Shown in pieces: positions 18,040 through 32,166 of a stretch of DNA of 64,000 bases (within the stretch, counting starts at the first letter, position 1; every line of letters begins with the position of its first letter). The stretch spans positions 1 through 64,000 of the forward strand of contig NIVC01002119.1 of the NCBI GenBank assembly GCA_002269645.1, written 5' to 3'. The translations under genes and the position numbers were made by a program. The notes beneath the pieces are model-generated. The model saw only the letters and a list, made by a program, of their open reading frames with translations. It made no database searches and was not told the origin of the DNA. The stretch comes from Macrostomum lignano (Eukaryota).

Positions 18040-18986
18040 CGGCTCGGCCAGCCTGTCAACAGCATAGCAACCGCAAATTTCTTTTGGATACGGAACTGTT
18101 TCAAAGTGTGCCGAGATTCATTTGGGAAAAAACTGTTGCTAAGACTGTGATGGCCGCCTCATCCTCGGACCCACCGCTGCGCTTCTCGCTTTCACTGACT
18201 GACAAAAATGCTCTGCAGTTGCTGTGCAGATTATCTGATATGTTTGTTGCATTCAAGTTTTGTTCCTCTGTTTGGCATTCGTTCCAGTTCTAACCAGCAG
18301 CCTTGAGCCCCGGCCCGGCTGGCAGTATTCCGCCTATGCTTGCTGGCATTGTAGATTGGCAGCCACACATGTCTCCCTCACCGAACTCACAGAGCTCCTG
18401 CAGTTTGCGTCCGCGGTCATAACTGTCCATGACAACTTATTCTGCACTGTGCGCTCGCCTTGGCCTCCCGCAGCCCGGACCCGCCTTCTCCGCTTTGCGA
18501 ATTTCGCCCGCCGCCACTCACTACTGTTAGTAGCAAGATAGCGGCAGCTTAGAATTAATTTGATAATTTTAATAGGCACTGAATTTTGTAGCAAATTCTA
18601 CACGATAGCAACAATTTTTGCTTTGCCCACTGTCCCCTCTGCGAACCTTAACTTTCTCATACCTCTGTCTAAGTCGCTACTTTAATTGCTTCTAGCCATG
18701 AAAGACTCGATGTTTCTCTGTTTTGCTATTCTTTGCGCCTTTCCAACTGCGATTTGTGTACAGTAGCCGGTTGTCCAGGAAATGCTTTGCGCTTCAAATA
18801 GTGAAACATCAGCTGACTCGACTCAGTGTCAGCTGAAATCCACCGCGCCTCCGAACTGCATTCGGCTGCAAACTTATTCGCTAAATTAGAAACTCAGGCT
18901 TTACTGTCTTTCGTCTTTTGAGGGCCGATTTCAGCATGGATCGGAAGAACGAAGCTGAGAAACTGTGGACGATCCGAGCTTACAGT

Positions 18987-19415
18987 GTCACAGACAGTGC
19001 CACAGACAGTGTCACAGACAGTGTCACAGACAGTGTCACAGACAGTGCCACAGACAGTGTCACAGACAGTGTCACAGACACTGTCACAGACACAATGCCC
19101 CAAACACAATGCCACAGACACAATGCCCCAGACACAATGCCATAGACCCAATGCCATAGACCCAATGCCACAGACCCAATGCCATAGACCCAATGCCACA
19201 GACCCAATGCCATAGACCCAATGCCACAGACCCAATGCCATAGACCCAATGCCACAGACCCAATGCCATAGACCCAATGCCCCAGACCCAATGCCACAGA
19301 CCCAATGCCATAGACCCAATGCCACAGACCCAATGCCATAGACCCAATGCCATAGACCCAATGCCACAGACCCAATGCCATAGACCCAATGCCACAGACC
19401 CAATGCCACAGACAC
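18987..19415 (+). repeat. 12-bp CAGTGTCACAGA array grading into a 14-bp GACCCAATGCCA(T/C)A array
   Basis: Tandem repeats; the 14-mer is the reverse complement of the 19795-20835 array. Confidence 0.95.
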
Positions 19416-19794
19416 AAACCCAAAGCCCAAAACATTCTGAGCTCAGTAGTGCAACAGAACAATGCTAGTGCGGGCAAAGTGCAGTGAAGCATTAGGCAAA
19501 GCGAAAGCAGCGCTGGTGCCTTTTGAAGGCCCGCCTCCGCCCAGCCACTCCCTGCCTAATTACCCGGCCACAGCAGAGCTGCTTTAATTAGTCAGACTGC
19601 CTCTCTAATGGCAGCCTTGCAGACCTCAGCCTGTGCGATACCCGAAGCATTACTGGAGAGGCTGAACTCAGGCAGTCTCTGCTAGTTCAACCGTAAAACG
19701 TGAACGTGCACTTCAAGCCTGCTTGATTCATAATTACTGTCTGAAACACGACTAAATTGGCAGTGTCACACCCAGTGTCACAGTTCACGTCTCC

Positions 19795-20835
19795 TGTCTG
19801 TGACATTGGGTCTATGGTATTGTGTCTGTCTGTGGCATTGTGTCTGTCTGTGGCATTGGGTCTGTGGCATTGTGTCTGTGGCATTTGGTCTGTGGCATTG
19901 TGTCTGTCTGTGGCATTATGTCTGTCTGTGGCATTGGGTCTGTGGCATTGGGTGTATGGCATTGTGTCTATGGCATTGGGTCTGTGGCATTGTGTCTGTC
20001 TGTGGCATTGTGTCTGTCTGTGGCATTGGGTCTATGGTATTGTGTCTGTGGCATTGGGTCTGTGACATTGTGTCTGTCTGTGGCATTGTGTCTGTCTGTG
20101 GCATTGGGTCTGTGGCATTGGGTGTATGGCATTGTGTCTATGGCATTGGGTCTGTGGCATTGTGTCTGTCTGTGGCATTGTGTCTGTCTGTGGCATTGGG
20201 TCTGTGGCATTGGGTGTATGGCATTGGGTCTGTGACATTGGGTCTGTGGCATTGGGTCTATGGTATTGTGTCTGTGGCATTGGGTCTGTGACATTGGGTC
20301 TATGGCATTGGGTCTGTCTGTGGCATTGGGTCTGTGGCATTGGGTCTGTGACATTGGGTCTATGGCATTGGGTCTGTGGCATTGGGTCTGTGGCATTGGG
20401 TCTGGGGCATTGTGTCTGTCTGTGGCATTGGGTCTGTGGCATTGGGTCTGTGGCATTTGGTCTGTGGCATTGTGTCTGTGGCATTGGGTCTGTGGCATTG
20501 TGTCTGTCTGTGGCATTGGGTCTGTGGCATTGTGTCTGTGGCATTTGGTCTGTGGCATTGGGTCTGTGGCATTGTGTCTGTGGCATTTGGTCTGTGGCAT
20601 TGTGTCTGTGGCATTTGGTCTGTGGCATTGTGTCTGTGGCATTTGGTCTGTGGCATTTGGTCTGTGGCATTGTGTCTGTGGCATTTGGTCTGTGCCATTG
20701 AGTCTGTGTCTATGACATTGGTTCTGTACGTGTGCCATTGGGTCTGTGTCTATGACATTGGTTCTGTTCGTGTGCCATTGGGTCTGTGTCTATGACATTG
20801 GGCCTGTACGTGTGCCATTGGGTCTGTTTCTGTCG
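19795..20835 (-). repeat. 14/18-bp array TGTGGCATTGGGTC, inverted relative to 19085-19415
   Basis: Direct inspection. Confidence 0.95.
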
Positions 20836-21557
20836 CATTGGGTCTGGCTCCGTTGGCACCGCCAGCGAGTGCGCCTTCTACATCACTCAAGCTGTGTCCA
20901 TTAGCATGCCAAAAAAATCGACAACACAAAAAACTCGGAATTTGCCGCTCATAAGTTTGAGTTCGCGTGTACTTTAACACTTCACAGGTAAGTCTGGATT
21001 AGGATACAAAAAACTGCTGATACAGCAGCAACCTGGCCCTGTTTAGAGATTTAGCAACAACTGTTTACCCATTCTCGTCTCCCGGTGCAATGAACCGGCA
21101 ATTCGCCAAACAGCTGCAGGGTGGTCCGTAGACACAGCGGGGAGGCGCGGGTGTCACTGACGATTCGACACAGTAGCCTGCAACTGGGTCGAATCACTTT
21201 TGAACAGCGCAGCTGCACTGCCACGTCAGCGAGTTACTTGGGGGGGGGGGCAAATACGAGTAACAGTCAGTTCAGTGAAAATAGAAATCTAGCAGTTCGA
21301 TGTGTTTCACAGAGCTCTGACTCTCAGCATTAGTTAGACCTGTCGTCGGAGTTGCCGTATAAAATAATGTTCGGTGCGATGCGCGCGGAGAGCAGTGAGC
21401 AGAGAATAATTAACAAACGGCTCTGTGTTGCCGAGTTAAAAAGCGGGCTAATTAGTGCTAGCAGGCATTGGCTTGGGGAATGTTGCGAAAGTGGACTGGG
21501 GACTTGGGCAGCTGCCGTGTCATCAGCCGCGCAGCATAGCAACCAGTGGGAGAGTGG

Positions 21558-22062
21558 CAAGCAGGGAGTGGCAAGCAGGGAGTGGCAAGCAGGGAGTGCC
21601 AAACAGGTTGAGTGCTAAGCAGGGTGAGTGCTAAGCAGGGTGAGTGCTAAGCAGGGTGAGTGCTAAGCAGGGTGAGTGCTAAGCAGGGTGAGTGCTAAGC
21701 AGGGTGAGTGCTAAGCAGGGTGAGTGCTAAGCAGGGAGAGTGCCAAGCAGGGAGTGCCAATGAGGGAGAGTGCCAATGAGGGAGAGTGCCAATGAGGGAG
21801 AGTGCCAATGAGGGAGAGTGCCAATGAGGGAGAGTGCCAATGAGGGAGAGTGCCAATGAGGGAGAGTGCCAATGAGGGAGAGTGCCAATGAGGGAGAGTG
21901 CCAATGAGGGAGAGTGCCAATGAGGGAGAGTGCCAATGAGGGAGAGTGCCAATGAGGGAGAGTGCCAATGAGGGAGAGTGCCAATGAGGGAGAGTGCCAA
22001 TGAGGGAGAGTGCCAATGAGGGAGAGTGCCAATGAGGGAGAGTGCCAATGAGGGAGAGTGCT
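21558..22062. repeat. Compound 14/16-bp array (GCAAGCAGGGAGTG, CTAAGCAGGGTGAGTG, CCAATGAGGGAGAGTG)
   Basis: Three related units in successive blocks, about 110 nt past the GPCR stop. Confidence 0.95.
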
Positions 22063-22172
22063 GCCTACGAATTACCATTTTTAGTCCTACTGCTTGTAAA
22101 ATGTCTGATAGGTTCCAGTCAAAGTCAACACGGTCAATGTCAAAAAGGTCACAGAGGTCACAGAGGTCAAGG

Positions 22173-25100
22173 TCAGACCGCGCTATCTTCGAGCAGCGGC
22201 TCCAGCACGTGGCCACCAGTCTCGGCCTCCGCAGCCACGTCTGCGGCCGCAACCGCCTTTGAAGTTGCCGAATTAGCGTCCGCCGCTTCAGCCGCAGCTC
22301 CGCCGTTGCGGGCCCCGCGCAGGGAGGCGGAGGCGGAGGCCGAGCTGTGGAGGGTTGACCTCAGCGACGACCCGATCGAATCCATCTGCCGCGACCGCCA
22401 GCGCCGCTTCCTCCATTCTCCCACGCCGCTGCCGCCACCCGCGCCACCATTGCCGCCGCCGCAGCCGCCACCGCCTCCTCCAGCACCGCCGCCCCTGACG
22501 CCGACGCCACCGCCGCCACCGCCACCGCCGCCGCGGAAGCAAGCGAGTAGCAGCAGGCGGTCGAAGGCGGTGCGGAACTGCTTGGACATGCCGTAGTAGA
22601 AGATGAAGTTGATGCTGTGGTTGAACAGCGTCATGAGGTCGAACAGATCTCCCAGGGGGTCGTAGAACTGGCTGGTGAAGCAGTTCTTCGCCTGCTGGGA
22701 CGACAGCGAGCCGAGCACCAGGAAAATGACGCCCTGGGGAGCGCAAAGCCAGACGAAGGGAAACTGCCGAGCTGTTGGCCAGTTTTTGATGAAGCAGGAA
22801 GCTGGATGAGAATTTTATGACCCGTTCTGTCTGGAAATGCTGATGACCCGCATAATCTTGGCAAAAATACTTCCAGCGCCCCGAGCCAAAATCCCAGTCC
22901 TGATAAAAGTGCATGGCAGTTTTGCTCCTCAACTCTTCTTTGGCTCTCAAATGGATGAAAAATGGACAAGAGAGGACGTTGCTAAAAGAGCGCAGGGCTT
23001 CCCGCGACTGCACACTCGGGAGAAGTAAACAAGGCTCACATTATTGAAAACAAATGACGCAAACAAGCAGTGCTGAGAGCTCGAATTGCTGATTGAAAGG
23101 CTGAAAATATGCCATTCGTTGCGAGCTGAGGCAAGTCGGCCCGATGCATTTTTGTGGGAGCAGAGGGAAGTAACCAGATGGGGAAGATCAGGGAAGTCTT
23201 GAAGCTCAAGATTGAGCTTGAGCCGCCGTGGCTTCAGGGTGCGCAAGAGGGTTAGGGTGAGGAAGAGGGTGAGGGTGAAGGAGAGGGTGATTATGAAAGA
23301 GAGAGTGTGGGAGAGGATGAGGGAGAGGGTGAAGGAGAGGGTGAGGGAGAGGGTGAGGGAGAGGGTGAATGAGAGGGTGAGGGAGAGGGTGAGGGAGAGG
23401 GTGAATGAGAGGGTGAGGGAGAGGGTGAGGGAGAGGGTGAGGGAGAGGGTGAGGGAGAGGGTGAGGGAGAGGGTGAGGGAGAGGGTGAGGGAGAGGGTGA
23501 ATGAGAGGGTGAGGGAGAGGGTGAGGGAGAGGGTGAGGGAGAGGGTGAGGGAGAGGGTGAATGAGAGGGTGAGGGAGAGGGTGAGGGAGAGGGTGAGGGA
23601 GAGGGTGAGGGAGAGGGTGAATGAGAGGGTGAGGGAGAGGGTGAGGGAGAGGGTGAGGGAGAGGGTGAATGAGAGGGTGAGAGAGAGGGTGAGGGAGAGG
23701 GTGAGGGAGAGGGTGAGGGAGAGGGTGAGGGAGAGGGTGAGGGAGAGGGTGAATGAGAGGGTGAGGATGAGACGAAATTACGGAGACGGAGAAGAAGCAG
23801 GAAGAGAAGCTGTGGAAGCAAAAATGAGATAAATAATAAGAGTGAGTTGATGAAACACGGAAGCAATAAAGGTCCTAGATATTTATGAGTAGAAAAATGT
23901 GAGCAGTAGAAGGCAGAGCAGTGCTCGGCCAGTGCTCAGCCAAGCGGTCAAATCGCTGAGCAGAACTCTGCAGGAGCCGATCTGCTCAGCCTCTGCTCGG
24001 CGGCAGGAAGCCGGGGGCACGGAAAGAAAATCGAACTGCTGGGGGGACGGGCAGATGAGTTGCCGCCCTAATCAGTGAGCCTCGTTATCGACAGTTTATT
24101 CCTAGGAACGAGTCGCCGGCTTTGCAGCCGAGCTGGCCAAGTGAAAGCTGCGGCTCTCAGATGTCGCCCGTGAGCGCTCATCTGCTTTAGCGGCCAGACA
24201 GCTGTTGTTTGGCGAGGCGGAATATGCGAGTCGGAGGGGGGGGGCAGGGCGCAGACGCCTCCTGCGAAAGCGAATATCCTTGCGCCACAGGACACGCCAG
24301 GCTTGTCTTGCCTCCGAGTTGCGGGCGCTGCGGCCAAATACTCGTAAGAGCCTCAATATCAGCGGCTTTGTCACTGGAGGGGGAGGGGAGGGGCTCTCAT
24401 TACCAGTCAGACTCGACAATTCAGAGGAAGCCCGGCTCGATGTGACCTCTGTGTACTTTTCCGCTGCAAGTTCACTGAGGGTTGATTGATCGCTCGGAGT
24501 TCCTGAACCGCTAATGAGAGCATCAGTCAGGCGCATAAGAACTTACCTGGGGCAGAATGCTGAGCACGCTGACCAGGATGATCGTCATCAGAAGCTTGGT
24601 GGTCCGGTTCGACTGGGCGTCGTCCCCGCCGCCGCCGCCGCCGCCACCGCCACCGCCACCGCCAGCCGTCGTGGATGACGAAGCCAGAGCCTGGCGGGCA
24701 GCCACCGCGGCGGCGGCGGCAGCGGCAGCAGGAGTTGGCGCGGCCACCTGGACTGCTCGCCTGCTGCTGGCCCGCAAGGTGCGCCGCCTCCGCACCGTCC
24801 GACGAAGCGACCGGATGAGGAGGACGCTGAGAATGGTGAGCAGCAGTACCGGGAGGCACTTGATGAAGATGCCAATGACCCAGAAGTTCACGCTGTTGAT
24901 GGTATCGTTGTCTCTCATGCGGAACTCGTAAAAGGTGGAGTTGGCGGCCAGCCGGAGGCGGCAGGAGTTCAGCTTCTGCTCCACGAGGGGAGACTCCACG
25001 GGGCTGATTTTGTGACCGAAGATGTTGGGCACCAGCATGCAGACGGAGGCCAGCAGGGACAGGCCGATGGCCAGGCAGGATGTGCGCACCGTGCAGAGCT

Positions 25101-25620
25101 GCTTGCTGCGCACCGGCAGCTTGATGTAGATGAGGCGGAACACCGCCAGCGCCACCGTCACCCAGGAGCTGAGCGCGTGCGCCAGGATGACGATGCACAC
25201 TTGGATCCACAGGAACAGCAGCCAGGCGTACGGTTCCGGACAGCCGAGCTTCAGCCGGCCGCCCATGGTGAAGTAGAGGCAGAACGGCAGGTACACCGCC
25301 GACATGACGCAGTCGGAGACGGCCAGGGCAGTCAGCAAGGTGTTGGTAGGGTTTCTCATTGAGCGCTGGCAGAGTACGGCAATGTTGAGTAGGTTGGTTG
25401 CTGCACCAAAACTGCACAGAGCCACAGCCAGGTACTTGTGCGCCTCCGCGTAGGCCTCCGAGAACGCCTGCAGCGCCTGCGGTGGCCGACAAGCGGCTTC
25501 TTGGGCGAGGCTGTCGTTTCCGCTAGCGTTACACAGAAGGGCTCTGTCCGGAGTCGGTGGCAGCAGCGAGAGCAGCGTTGTCGGATCCACCGGGACCAAG
25601 ATGGCCGCGCTGCCGTCCAT
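22173..25620 (-). CDS. Class A peptide GPCR, FMRFamide/myosuppressin-receptor-like (Srw type), 2 exons: 25620-24547 and 22733-22173, about 544 aa
   Basis: TM motifs [36 protein letters not shown] and [15 protein letters not shown] phase-0 junction CAG|GTAAGT ... CCCCAG|GGC gives ILPQGVIFL. TM7 region reads [23 protein letters not shown]. Confidence 0.92.
23244..23770. repeat. 12-bp GAGGGAGAGGGT array in the GPCR intron
   Basis: About 44 units with a periodic GAAT variant. Confidence 0.96.
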
Positions 25621-25941
25621 GTCCGAGCTGGTCTAGTAGCTTACCGCAGCCGGCCTGTCCGAGCTGGTCTGTTAGTTGCCGCAGCCGGCCCTGCAAAAAG
25701 GGCAAGTTCCCACCTGTGTTGTCACTACTGGTTGGTTGGTGCAAGCAGGCAGCCCTTTGCAAAGACAATGGATGGAATTAATGCACGGCTGCATAGCGGG
25801 AAGTGCAGGGCTGCAGATGCGGCAACAATCGATCGCCCAACGCCCCCCCCCCCCAAATTCCAAGCAAAGCCTTGGCCGCCCACAGCCAAGTCGTTAATCG
25901 CTCAGCTTCAACACTTTTAACTCACTTTGGCGTCTTCTTTT

Positions 25942-25972
<31 letters not shown>

Positions 25973-26754
25973 GAAATTGTTTCTCGCGCCATCGCGGTCC
26001 CGTCTGCCACAATAATTGCATTAGCGGCCACCCGCCCTCCCGCCCCGACACACCTGATTGATGGGGATAAACTCGCTCCAGATGGCGGCTCCAGCATCCC
26101 CCGGCCCACCTCAGGCAGCTGAAACTAAGAGGGCGACGTGTGAGGTGGCACCGCAGCTTTCAACACGCAGTGGCGAAGGAGAGAATGGGGAGCTGCTGCT
26201 GCTGCTGCTGCTGGCTAAGGGTGCGGCGGCTGAGGACGGGGGGCAGGCAGAGGAGCTGCTGTAAGAGGCTGGCAATTACCGCATCGCCTTGCCAAACTGC
26301 TCCCGGGGGAGAGAGTTATCAAGTAAGAGGGGATCCTCAGCTCAGGGATTGGGATTTTCCCCAACACCCCGGAGCAGCTGGGGGAACAGGCCAGCTCGAT
26401 GCGCATCTGGGTGATCAATTTTTTCCACGCCAGACTGAGGTGTCTGCCCGGTACAAATCCCAAGCCTCTTGGAGTCTGACTGTCTGCTGGTCCTGCCCCG
26501 GGTCCCATCTGTCCCATTGTCTGGCCTTCACTACAGATTGACTGGCTTTCCGCTAACACGATAATTGTGAGGCCAGAGCGCCATTGTTCGCGCGACTCGC
26601 TGCTGTCCCCGTGACAGACAATGAGGCGCTCGGGCGGAACTGCCATCGTGTTATCCAGTTCAGGGGCAGCTTATTACGGGAGCTGCCGCTTCCTGTCGCT
26701 TGTTGGTATTCAGATCGGACTGATCCTGCCGCTTCTCAGGACATTGCAGAGGGG

Positions 26755-27585
26755 TTCTGATGCTGTTTCAGTGTCATTCTGATGCTGCTTCAGTGTCATT
26801 CTGATGCTGTTTCAGTGTCATTCTGATGCTGTTTCAGTGTCATTCTGATGCTGTTTCAGTGCAGTTCTGATGCTGTTTCAGTGTCATTCTGATGCTGTTT
26901 CAGTGTCATTCTGATGCTGTTTCAGTGCGGTTCTGATGCTGTTTCAGTGCGGTTCTGATGCTGTTTCAGTGTCACTCTGATGCTGTTTCAGTGTCATTCT
27001 GATGCTGTTTCAGTGTGACTCTGATGCTGTTTCAGTGCGGTTCTGATGCTGCTTCAGTGCGGTTCTGATGCTGTTTCAGTGCAGTTCTGATGCTGTTTCA
27101 GTGCGGTTCTGATGCTGTTTCAGTGCGGTTCTGATGCTGTTTCAGTGCAGTTCTGATGCTGTTTCAGTGCGGTTCTGATGCTGTTTCAGTGCGGTTCTGA
27201 TGCTGTTTCAGTGTCATTCTGATGCTGTTTCAGTGTCATTCTGATGCTGTTTCAGTGTGACTCTGATGCTGTTTCAGTGCGGTTCTGATGCTGTTTCAGT
27301 GCGGTTCTGATGCTGCTTCAGTGCGGTTCTGATGCTGTTTCAGTGCGGTTCTGATGCTGTTTCAGTGCGGTTCTGATGCTGTTTCAGTGTCATTCTGATG
27401 CTGTTTCAGTGTCATTCTGATGCTGTTTCAGTGTGACTCTGATGCTGTTTCAGTGCGGTTCTGATGCTGTTTCAGTGCGGTTCTGATGCTGTTTCAGTGC
27501 GGTTCTGATGCTGCTTCAGTGCGGTTCTGATGCTGTTTCAGTGCAGTTCTGATGATGTTTCAGTGCCATTCTGATGCTATTTTGA
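26755..27585. repeat. 22-bp minisatellite TTCTGATGCTGTTTCAGTG(TCA/CGG)
   Basis: About 38 units. Confidence 0.97.
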
Positions 27586-29696
27586 TAATAAAACTCCCCG
27601 CCCACCTGTTTTGATCCCGCACTGAGCGGGAAGAAAGTGAATGAGTCCCTCACAACCGGATTCCCTGATTCGGGCCGGACATTCACCGCATTCGAGCTGC
27701 AGGCAATATTTTCAGCCCGGTCAGCCCATTACCAGCCTGGCCTGATGGAGAGCCGGGCCCAGGGGCAGCGGGAGGCTGGGCGAAATCCGAGACGCGCCCT
27801 TCATCGCCCTGTCTGGCCCTTGTCGGCTCCCCTCTCATTCCCATTGAGAGCCCCGGCATCACCGAGATTGAAGCTCCCCCCGCGCACCCGAGGCGGAAAA
27901 CCCCTGGCCTGGGCTTGAAGGGCCACCAGGGGGAGGGCGAATCGGAACTTGCTGGGGACGCTGCGAGGCGAAGTTCAGCGCCGAAACCTGCGCCGCCAGC
28001 ACTCGCATTTGAGTGCTTGCACGAGCGGCTCACACTCTATATAAATATGCGGCTGACCCGGAGGGAACGACGAAGTCAGAGTTCTCCCCAGCTGAGCTTA
28101 CAGGGGGCGGCTCAAGCTTTACTTTGTCCCGCACTCGTCCCGCCTGCAGCCCACTCGGAGGCCTCTCACACCCGCTGCGCCCGTTTGTCCCGGGCTGTTC
28201 GCAATAATGAGACAGTGCCCGACTAGAACGGGACGACTGCTGAGATGGGGAGCATGAGGCTGGACCAAGTGATGAGGCATACAGAAGCCAGGCACACACA
28301 CACGCTGGTCCTCGCCAGCAGCTGCAGTAGCTACTCAGTGCTTGCTCTGCCAGCCGCCCCATCAGCTCAGCAATACACAGACAATCTGTCTGGCTCCGTA
28401 TTCATACCGATCATTACCGAGCCAATAGCAGATGGATAGGCAGAGGGGCTGAATTGATCGCTTAGGGTAGGAGATAGCGGGGGCCGCTGCTGGTGGTCAC
28501 AGAGTGCCAAATTGAAATTGCACTGGATAAAGGAGCATATTGACTGAATTGAATGCGCATCATAAACATGATTGGCCAGCTGGGTTCTGAATCTTATGCA
28601 CAGATTCAATTGCTATGCTAATGTACACAGACACCCACCCCACCTCCGCGATGCAATTGGCTGAAATATTTCGACAGAAAACAAATAAACTCATCATTGA
28701 AGTTCGGGATTTCAGTTGACTAATTGAATAAAAATTAGGGATCCGAGGCAAAACCAGACACTAAGCTGTACTTTTGCTCAGATGATCTCTTTTGACATTA
28801 GAAGGACGCAGTTAAGCTCATTGCTACTTTGGCTTGAGCTGCTCACAGCTTGACAAAGGGGGAATTCTTATAAACCACTCAACCTCATCCCCTCCCTCCC
28901 TGCTATCTCCAGCTCTCTCTGAGTTTCTCCTCTCCTGATGCAGGAAAGAAAGTGAGGAGAGGAGATGCTCCGTGGGAGGTGAGCTAACCCTCAGGAGCGT
29001 GGGATTTCTCCAAAGGTGGCTCTCTGAGCGCATCCCAAATGCTGCAGCAGCAGCAGCAGGCACTCCTGCTGCTGGAGTTGTTGTCATTGACAACGGAGAA
29101 TTCGATCCGAGGCTCAGGGCGGGGTGGCTCAGCGTACACGTGTTACACTTACACTTGAACGTCGCGTCGCGTCGCGTGCGTCCCGCTGGGCCGTGAGCCA
29201 AGTAGCGCTCACCTGTTGTCTCAGGTGCGGAAGCGGAGCAATGGAAACTGGCCTCGCTTGATGGCGCTTCCCTGTCCCCTGTCTTTCTCTCTCTGTCGCT
29301 CAGCTCGTTCAATCACCTGTATCTCCTGAGGCTGCTTTACAGCTCAGAGGGCGTTGGAGATGAAGTTTTTATAACATCCTGACAGACTGTTGGCAGAATG
29401 CTGCAGCCAGTCCGCTCCTCACTGCGGACCCTCTTCTCCGCCCGGTGGTTCTTGCCAGCAGCCGTCTCCCGGCCAGACCTGCCATTGGCTCCCGGCCAGC
29501 CAGCGAGTCCGAACTGCCGGGGAGCCTCCGCCCCCGACCGCTTGTGGGCGAGGCCGGCTGGGCCAATGGGCCCGGCTGTCATCAGTTGTCAGCTCCGGCC
29601 TGCTCTCGTCCGAGGCACTCGCGTCTGCTTGAGGATGGGGAGCTGAAATCTCCTCTTCAAGTTTCACTTCTTCCTTCACTCTGAACACTAATCCCT

Positions 29697-30375
29697 CTGA
29701 GTATCAACCCTCTCAGAACCAACCCTCTCAGAACCAACCCTCTCAGAACCAACCCTCTCAGAACCAACCCTCTCAGAACCAACCCTCTCAGAACCAACCC
29801 TCTCAGAACCAACCTCTCAGAACCAACCCTCTCAGAACCAACCCTCTCAGAACCAACCCTCTCAGAACCAACCCTCTCAGAACCAACCCTCTCAGAACCA
29901 ACCCTCTCAGAACCAACCCTCTCAGAACCAACCCTCTCAGAACCAACCCTCTCAGAACCAACCCTCTCAGAACCAACCCTCTCAGAATCAACCCTCTCAG
30001 AACCAACCCTCTCAGAACCAACCCTCTCAGAACCAACCCTCTCAGAACCAACCCTCTCAGAACCATTCCTCTCAGAACCAACCCTCTCAGAACCAACCCT
30101 CTCAGAACCAACCCTCTCAGAACCAACCCTCTCAGAACCAACCCTCTCAGAATCAACCCTCTCAGAACCAACCCTCTCAGAACCAACCCTCTCAGAACCA
30201 ACCCTCTCAGAACCAACCCTCTCAGAACCATTCCTCTCAGAACCAACCCTCTCAGAACCAACCCTCTCAGAACCAACCCTCTCAGAACCAACCCTCTCAG
30301 AACCAACCCTCTCAGAACCAACCCTCTCAGAACCAACCCGCTCAGAACCAACCCGCTCAGAACCAACCCTCTCAA
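29697..30375. repeat. 15-bp minisatellite AACCAACCCTCTCAG
   Basis: About 45 units. Confidence 0.97.
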
Positions 30376-32166
30376 AATCGTTTGCATGAGTTTCATCCCC
30401 CAATTCAAACATTAAACTTCCTCAATGGCCAATCCTGGTTTCAGTGGGAAATTTGTCTACGTGACGGAGCTGCGGCGCCCTACATGAATTTGCATCGCAG
30501 AATTCACAGAGCATTGATTGCATCAACGCAGAAAAGCGACTGTCACGAATTTGTCTACTATTTGCTTTCTCTTACAAATTGCTGATGGCAGACGGGGTAG
30601 CCACTTGCGTCCCAGCTTATCCCATCGCCTTCAATTTCTTCCCCTTGGGTTTGCCTCGCCTCCCCAGATCTTGTGCTTCTTGTCCTCGGAGCAGCTTTTC
30701 CTGTATCAGTTCTCAATTCTGGCCAATTCCACACCAGACTTATCCCCCGTCTTCTCCTCTCCCCACCTCCCCCTCTCATTCCTCCTGCCTGCTTCTTTCA
30801 GGTAGAGGAGCGCAGGGCGATGTTGACTCAGAGGCTTTTTGTGCTTCTAGAAGAAGATTTGGCGAGCAGAAGAGGATAGGGGGCTGTGCGCGCGCGCGTG
30901 TGTGTGTGCAGCTTAATAGCTGGTTGCGGCCGAGACTCAGGTGAGCAGGGCGGGCACTCGCTTCCTGTCTGCCAACCCACCCCTCTAAAATGCGGGCCGG
31001 GGCATCCCGGAGCAGACCAGCCCTTCAGCGACTCTCTCGCCCCGGCTCCTTCAAGCAAGAGCCAGGCGGATCTGTCAGGGCCGCCTACAGCTGAGGCAAC
31101 ACCACCCGCAGTGACAACTTGAGCTGGTACCGGCCCACAAAAAGCCTTTTATTGAAATCAGAGAGCAAGAGCAAACATTTGTTTAAATGATGAGTAGCCA
31201 ATGGCATCTTGGTCGTGGAACAATAAAAGAGCATTCTCTTATTTTTGCCAGCAGTATCACCGACTTGAACTCTAGCTGCTGGCCGAGGGCATCATTGATA
31301 AGAATTTTTGAACCATGAAACTCTGACTTTGAAGTGCTTTGCAGCTCAGTATGCTGAAAACAAAATAATTTCTATGGTAACCAGAACTGGCCAAAAACTG
31401 CGAGCTTAAAAATGCTGCTTAGCTTGGAAATACGAAGCAGCAACCCCTTCTGTTCTCTTCAAGCCTTTGAGTCTCAAGTCTGCCCCCAGCGCTCTCCGTC
31501 CTCGTTTCAGGCCCCGCAGCTGCATCGATCTCAGCGCACTGGAGACTCTTCAAAAGATGAACAAAATTTGATGCCGTAGAGCCTTCACGCAGCCTCTTTG
31601 CCTCATCGCACACCGCAGATATGCAATATCCAGCTCGCGTCGTCGCGAGGTGCGCAGCTCCGGGTCGATGCCAAACACCCCCTTCGCCGCGATGAGCCCA
31701 GCAGGCTGTGCTGTGGGAGAATCCGCTAGCATTGGGAAGACTTTGATCCGTTGGGCCGAGACAGGTGGGCGATGGCAGGCGTCTCAGTTTCTCTGCTCGG
31801 ATGCCCGCTGCTGCTTGACTCGGTCAATCTGGATATCCGGATAGCGACTCTCTCTGCCTGCGGGACCCGCTAATGAGCAAACAGCAATTAGGGGCGACTT
31901 TTCTGAGCTGTCTAGAAGCTGCTTCCAACATTTTTCGAGACTTTGCAAGACTTGAGCAGCAGACAAAAGTAAGCCAGCTTTGCGCCTGTCTGCCTGAATT
32001 CTCATGGTATCGTTTAGTCCAACTCAACTGCGGTTGGTGACAAGTTGAAGCTGCATGGTCTCACCATGCGAACGAAATGCAAATCAGTGGTTGGACCAGA
32101 CTCGGCAAGACTGCAATGATCCGCGCTTGCACCTGGCAGCCTGGGAAAGGTTGGCTCTCCTGTATC

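Noticed and set aside
26000-32000. Short ORFs in this interval as genes
   Set aside because: No recognisable domains and no consistent exon chain; left unannotated rather than shown to be non-coding.
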